Below are positions 23,570 to 26,885 of a stretch of DNA of 26,885 bases, piece by piece (position 1 is the stretch's first letter; every line of letters begins with the position of its first letter). Source of the stretch: a virus (Duplodnaviria > Caudoviricetes); IMG/VR virus record IMGVR_UViG_3300032328_000603, positions 1 through 26,885 of that record; one strand, 5' to 3'. The notes beneath the pieces were generated by a model, which saw only the letters and a list, made by a program, of their open reading frames with translations, searched no databases and was not told the DNA's origin. The position numbers and the translations under genes were made by a program.

Positions 23570-23884
23570 ATGCGCCTAGTAATTCAAGAAGTCGCCCCCT
23601 TCACCCCGATCTATAACGTCTTTTGCGACGGTATCGACGTCGGCGTGATCACCTCGTTCCCCGGCGAAGGTCCGATGGGAACGATCCGCTATTCTGGATC
23701 AAAGCACACTGTCGCCGGTGCGACGATCGCTGCCGTGCTCTTGGCACTGGACGAGGAGGTCGAGCGCGCAGATTATTATGCGAGCGAAGCCGACATCGAA
23801 GACGAGGACGGAAGCATCGCCTACGCGCAGATGCTGGAACGTCAGTCCGAGAGCTGGTCGGCGCAAGACGAATGCCCTTGGTGA
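23570..23884 (+). CDS. Hypothetical early protein with an acidic C-terminus (104 aa)
   Basis: AAGGAGACCTGCC-ATG start after P2. Confidence 0.75.
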   Translation: MRLVIQEVAPFTPIYNVFCDGIDVGVITSFPGEGPMGTIRYSGSKHTVAGATIAAVLLALDEEVERADYYASEADIEDEDGSIAYAQMLERQSESWSAQDECPW

Positions 23885-23894
23885 TATAACCCCG

Positions 23895-23912
23895 GGGGGG
23901 CTTCGGCCCCCC
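23895..23912 (+). other. C(UUCG)G tetraloop hairpin without a U-tract
   Basis: GGGGGGC-TTCG-GCCCCCC. Confidence 0.75.
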
Positions 23913-23931
23913 TCAACAAAGGAGACCTGCC

Positions 23932-24399
23932 ATGATTACCCACTTTGAACCAGACCATATCCCGCCGCCAATGCCGAACGGCGCGCTCGAGAGCGCGAAC
24001 GACGCGCTCCGCTTCATCTTCGGCGGCAATGCGACCTTCACGATCCGGAGCGCCAAGACCGGCGACCGTTTCACCTACAAGATCCGCCAGCCCGAGATCG
24101 GAAAACCGTTCTTTGTCTCGGTCCTTGCCGGGCAGAACAATGAGACCGACTTCGACTATATCGGCTTCGTCCCGACCGCGACGCGCGGCGTGCTCTGCGC
24201 CGGCAACAAAGGCAAGCCCGACGCGCCGAGCTTCAACGCGCTGCGCTGGGTGCTCGCGAAGCTCAACAATGAGGCGCGCATCCCGGAGAACCTCGAGCTC
24301 TTCCATGAGGGGCGCTGCTGTGCCTGCGGACGCAAACTTACGACCCCCGAAAGCATCATCTCCGGCATTGGGCCGGAGTGCTCCAAGAAACCACGTTGA
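23932..24399 (+). CDS. DUF6011-like Zn-binding phage protein
   Basis: GNATFT...TG-x-RFTYK N-domain and C-terminal C-x-x-CGRKLT-x-PESI-x-x-GIGPEC. Confidence 0.8.
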   Translation: MITHFEPDHIPPPMPNGALESANDALRFIFGGNATFTIRSAKTGDRFTYKIRQPEIGKPFFVSVLAGQNNETDFDYIGFVPTATRGVLCAGNKGKPDAPSFNALRWVLAKLNNEARIPENLELFHEGRCCACGRKLTTPESIISGIGPECSKKPR

Positions 24400-24410
24400 A
24401 AGGATCTGCC

Positions 24411-25016
24411 ATGACTGATTTTTCTATCGAGCTAAACACCGACATTCTGCGCGCTGCGCTGATCTGCACCAGCACCGAAGAGACCCGGTTCTATCTGCAA
24501 GGCGTGAGCATCGAGCCGAACCCGCGCGATATGCGCGTCGTCAGCACCGACGGCCACCGACTGTTTTGCGCGCGTCTCGATGTCGTGATCGACGTCGATC
24601 GCTTCCTGATCCCCAGCGACGCGCTCGCGCGCGCTTTGAAAGGATATAAGCCCAAGGTGCTAATCGTGTCCCGGGAGGGGAACCTATGGCGCGCCGGTGA
24701 TGTCGTGTTCACGCCGATCGACGGTGTGTTCCCGGAGAGTTGGCCGCGGATCATCCCGAAAGAGTTTCCCGCTGTCCCGTCTTATGCGAACTTCAATCCC
24801 GCATATCTCGTCGAGATGAAGAAGATCGCAGAAATATTGAACGGCAAAGGATCCAGCGCGTCCATATATTCGGACGGGATGAACCCGGCGCTCGTGACCT
24901 TCGGCGCACGCGAAGATTGCCTCGCGGTCGTTATGCCGTTTCGTAATGAGCCGCCCAGCGCGCAAGCTGCAAGCGCGCTCGCGCGTTCTCTCTCTCACAT
25001 CCCAACACAAGCATAA
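24411..25016 (+). CDS. DNA polymerase III beta-clamp-like protein (short, 201 aa)
   Basis: ETRFYLQGV, STDGHRL, IDGVFP-x-x-W-x-RIIP, FNPAYL and VVMP motifs of clamp domains 2-3. Confidence 0.8.
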   Translation: MTDFSIELNTDILRAALICTSTEETRFYLQGVSIEPNPRDMRVVSTDGHRLFCARLDVVIDVDRFLIPSDALARALKGYKPKVLIVSREGNLWRAGDVVFTPIDGVFPESWPRIIPKEFPAVPSYANFNPAYLVEMKKIAEILNGKGSSASIYSDGMNPALVTFGAREDCLAVVMPFRNEPPSAQAASALARSLSHIPTQA

Positions 25017-25027
25017 GGAGCTATGCA

Positions 25028-25150
25028 ATGCTGACCCGTTTTATTGACTTCCTCGACGAACAAGGCTTCTCCGAGCCCGAGCTGACCGCCGGGATCATAA
25101 TCGGCGCGCTTTATGCGACCTGCATCTTTACTCTGATCTCTTTGACGTGA
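25028..25150 (+). CDS. 40-aa protein with one C-terminal hydrophobic segment
   Basis: TAAGGAG SD; MLTRFIDFLDEQGFSEPELTAGIIIGALYATCIFTLISLT. Confidence 0.6.
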   Translation: MLTRFIDFLDEQGFSEPELTAGIIIGALYATCIFTLISLT

Positions 25151-25158
25151 GGACCACC

Positions 25159-25473
25159 ATGCCAATATCTGTTGACTATCTGTTGCCCGCTCTCGACGGG
25201 ACTTTGATGGAGCGCGGCTGCGTGCTCCAAGACATCCGCGATCGCGGGATCCTCGAAGCTGCGGATCTGACCGCGTTCTGTTTCAAGGTCGAGGGACTTC
25301 TTGAAGACGCCGAGAACAAAGAGGCGGAGCTCAAGAAGGATCTGATCGAAGCTGTGCGGCACTTGAAAGCGCAGATCGAGATCGTATTCGACGATCTCTG
25401 CATGACCGAACCTGCGCTTGCAGATCTGTTCCACAAAAAGCGCCTCGAGCTCTTGGAGGAGCTGGAAGCATGA
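25159..25473 (+). CDS. Hypothetical acidic helical protein
   Basis: GAGGA SD before the ATG at 25159; 104 aa. Confidence 0.65.
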   Translation: MPISVDYLLPALDGTLMERGCVLQDIRDRGILEAADLTAFCFKVEGLLEDAENKEAELKKDLIEAVRHLKAQIEIVFDDLCMTEPALADLFHKKRLELLEELEA

Positions 25474-25649
25474 CCGACTTCAAGGTGGAGTTTCGCCGGT
25501 CGCGTGATCGGGAGCGCAAGCGCGCAGAGCGCGCCGGGCTCGCGGATCTCGGGCTCGTCCGGGTCGAGGTGCGCGTCCCGGCGGAAAAAGCAGATCAGAT
25601 CCGCGCTCTGGCCGAGATCCTGCTTGCAGATCACCCGGCGCGGAAATAG
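25470..25649 (+). CDS. 59-aa basic protein, ribbon-helix-helix/antitoxin-like DNA-binding candidate
   Basis: Translated by hand: MTDFKVEFRRSRDRERKRAERAGLADLGLVRVEVRVPAEKADQIRALAEILLADHPARK. GGAGGAG SD and ATGA overlap. Basic helix, GLVRVEVRVP strand, then helix. Confidence 0.7.
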   Translation: MTDFKVEFRRSRDRERKRAERAGLADLGLVRVEVRVPAEKADQIRALAEILLADHPARK

Positions 25650-25729
25650 ATTGAAATCTCGGCGCGCGTTCAACCGGTGTCGGTGATGGTCTTGACTGTG
25701 TTCGCTATGGCCCAATCAATTCTATGCGC

Positions 25730-25761
25730 GCGTCTGGCCCCTCGGAATGATCCGGGGGGCC
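25730..25761. repeat. 32-bp palindromic direct repeat, copy 1
   Basis: GCGTCTGGCCCCTCGGAATGATCCGGGGGGCC; 31/32 identical to 25866-25897. Confidence 0.9.
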
Positions 25762-25860
25762 GTCTATCACTTTTCCCGGGTTGATACCTTTTTCAGTGTC
25801 GTGCCAATTACGCGCTGAAAACGGGGATGCGCCGCGCCAAAGGCGCGTCCCCACCTAGAC
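25762..25860 (+). ncRNA. Candidate multi-stem structured RNA between the repeats
   Basis: Stems 25790-25821 and 25823-25852 with G-U pairs in the plus sense, a small stem at 25766-25785 and a closing GTCT/AGAC helix. Confidence 0.35.
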
Positions 25861-25865
25861 TATCG

Positions 25866-25897
25866 GCGTCTGGCCCCCCGGAATGATCCGGGGGGCC
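25866..25897. repeat. 32-bp palindromic direct repeat, copy 2 (possible terminator at the operon convergence)
   Basis: GGCCCCCCGGA-ATGA-TCCGGGGGGCC perfect 11-bp stem followed by TTCTT. Confidence 0.9.
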
Positions 25898-25912
25898 TTC
25901 TTCATCAGACGA

Positions 25913-26137
25913 TCAGCGCGAGGCGCGCTTCTTCGGTCCGGTGATCGCGCATCCTGCATCCAGCATCATAATAAGGCGCGCCCCGGTGACGACGGACGCA
26001 TCTCCCCCGTCGACTGCCAGAGCTGCGGCGTGCTGCGTCCGGGCGGCTGCTGTGCCGTCGCAGAGCGCGCTATTGCTGACCGCGCTCGTGCAGCCACTTG
26101 CGAGCAGCATCAGGATCGCGGATGTAAGTCTCAACAT
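25913..26137 (-). CDS. o-spanin (Rz1-like lipoprotein)
   Basis: Signal peptide with lipobox LASG-C. Overlaps the 3' end of the i-spanin in another frame. Confidence 0.8.
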   Translation of the reverse strand: MLRLTSAILMLLASGCTSAVSNSALCDGTAAARTQHAAALAVDGGDASVVTGARLIMMLDAGCAITGPKKRASR

Positions 26138-26288
26138 TGTCGATCTCCTGTCTGGTCTTAATATAGGCGTCCGCCTCTATGCGCGCGTCCTCCTGCCGCT
26201 GGTCGCGCCTTCCGGCCATCCATACCGCCAAAAGCAGCGACGCCGCTCCAGCGGCCCAAATTAGGGCCTTTTTGAGCCATGCGAACAT
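26070..26288 (-). CDS. i-spanin (Rz-like)
   Basis: 72 aa, N-terminal TM helix followed by a helical domain. TGATG overlap with the endolysin stop. Confidence 0.75.
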   Translation of the reverse strand: MFAWLKKALIWAAGAASLLLAVWMAGRRDQRQEDARIEADAYIKTRQEIDNVETYIRDPDAARKWLHERGQQ

Positions 26289-26885
26289 CAGCGATCCCCC
26301 GCTGCCCATTTGCGCAGACGCTCGCGCATGATCCAGAGCGCGGCGAGCGCGACGATCCCGCAAAAGACCAGTGCGACGATCTGCGCCGTCCCGCTCAATG
26401 ACGAGACCGCCGAGACGCCAGCTCCGGCTGCGGACACCATTTGCAGCGCTCCGGCCTGCATGGTCGTCGACTGCGCCGCCGATGTGCGCGCCGGCTTCTC
26501 TGCCAAGAACTCCGAGACCGTAAAGCATGGGCACGCCTTGGGAGCGTATTCGTTATGTCCAGAGATCTTGCCGATCGCCGGGAACCGGATCTTGAGATCC
26601 GCGATTAGACCAAGCACCGCCGCGCGCTGCGCCGACGTGAAATGATCGGAGAACTTGTCGTTCTCTGTTCCGCCATTGCCGCCGACCAAGCAGATCCCGA
26701 TCGTCCCAGTATTGTGACCTTGGACGTGCGCGCCGACCTGCTCGATCGGACGGCCGGGCAGGACATGGCCGTTCCGGTTGACGACGTAATGATAGCCGAT
26801 GTCTTTCCACCCGCGATCGCGCGTGTGCCATAGGCGGATCTCGGCGACGACCTGCTCGTCGGTCTTCGCGTCAGACCACGCCGGA
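26288..26885 (-). CDS. Endolysin, N-acetylmuramoyl-L-alanine amidase (Amidase_2, T7 lysozyme-like) with a C-terminal membrane segment; 5' end outside the window
   Basis: Frame is open to the window edge: WH-x-x-x-RGWKDIGYHY...GR...GAHVQGHN...IGICLVGG...GH...KACP. Confidence 0.9.
   Translation of the reverse strand, partial: PAWSDAKTDEQVVAEIRLWHTRDRGWKDIGYHYVVNRNGHVLPGRPIEQVGAHVQGHNTGTIGICLVGGNGGTENDKFSDHFTSAQRAAVLGLIADLKIRFPAIGKISGHNEYAPKACPCFTVSEFLAEKPARTSAAQSTTMQAGALQMVSAAGAGVSAVSSLSGTAQIVALVFCGIVALAALWIMRERLRKWAAGDR

Noticed and set aside
25762-25860. tRNA gene
   Set aside because: No TTC(G/A)A T-loop, D-loop GG or proper acceptor stem.
25730-25897. Mini CRISPR array (palindromic 32-bp repeats, Cas4-like gene in the genome)
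   Set aside because: Only two repeats and a 104-bp structured spacer. Stand-alone Cas4-like nucleases are ordinary phage replication/recombination genes.

Overview
Part of a GC-rich (roughly 63-65% by eye) tailed dsDNA phage genome with a siphovirus-type gene set. The host is probably alphaproteobacterial, inferred from the promoter style, GANTC avoidance and gene families. The minus strand from 17093 to 1 carries a primase-helicase, small ORFs, a RuvC-like resolvase, terminase subunits, portal, a MuF protein with a C-terminal zinc metallopeptidase and a small coupled acidic ORF, a ChaB/XkdF-type prohead protease, scaffold, decoration, major capsid, head-tail joining proteins, tail tube and the start of a tail chaperone. 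The plus strand from 17296 to 25649 carries early/replication genes: SNF2-type helicase, SleB-like hydrolase, Cas4-like nuclease, putative SSB, family A DNA polymerase, a beta-clamp-like protein and small ORFs. A convergent lysis cassette (amidase, i-spanin, o-spanin) ends the window. No integrase, tRNA or CRISPR array was seen. The most striking signals are non-coding. (1) A motif AGACCTGCC(A) sits between the SD and start codon of six early genes, and its exact complement lies in a hairpin loop of a candidate small RNA (~17104-17218) ending in an intrinsic terminator. (2) A ~194-bp structured element with compensatory base changes is duplicated in front of the two late operons. (3) A multi-stem RNA-like segment is bracketed by 32-bp direct repeats. 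All calls were made by eye, with no database searches.
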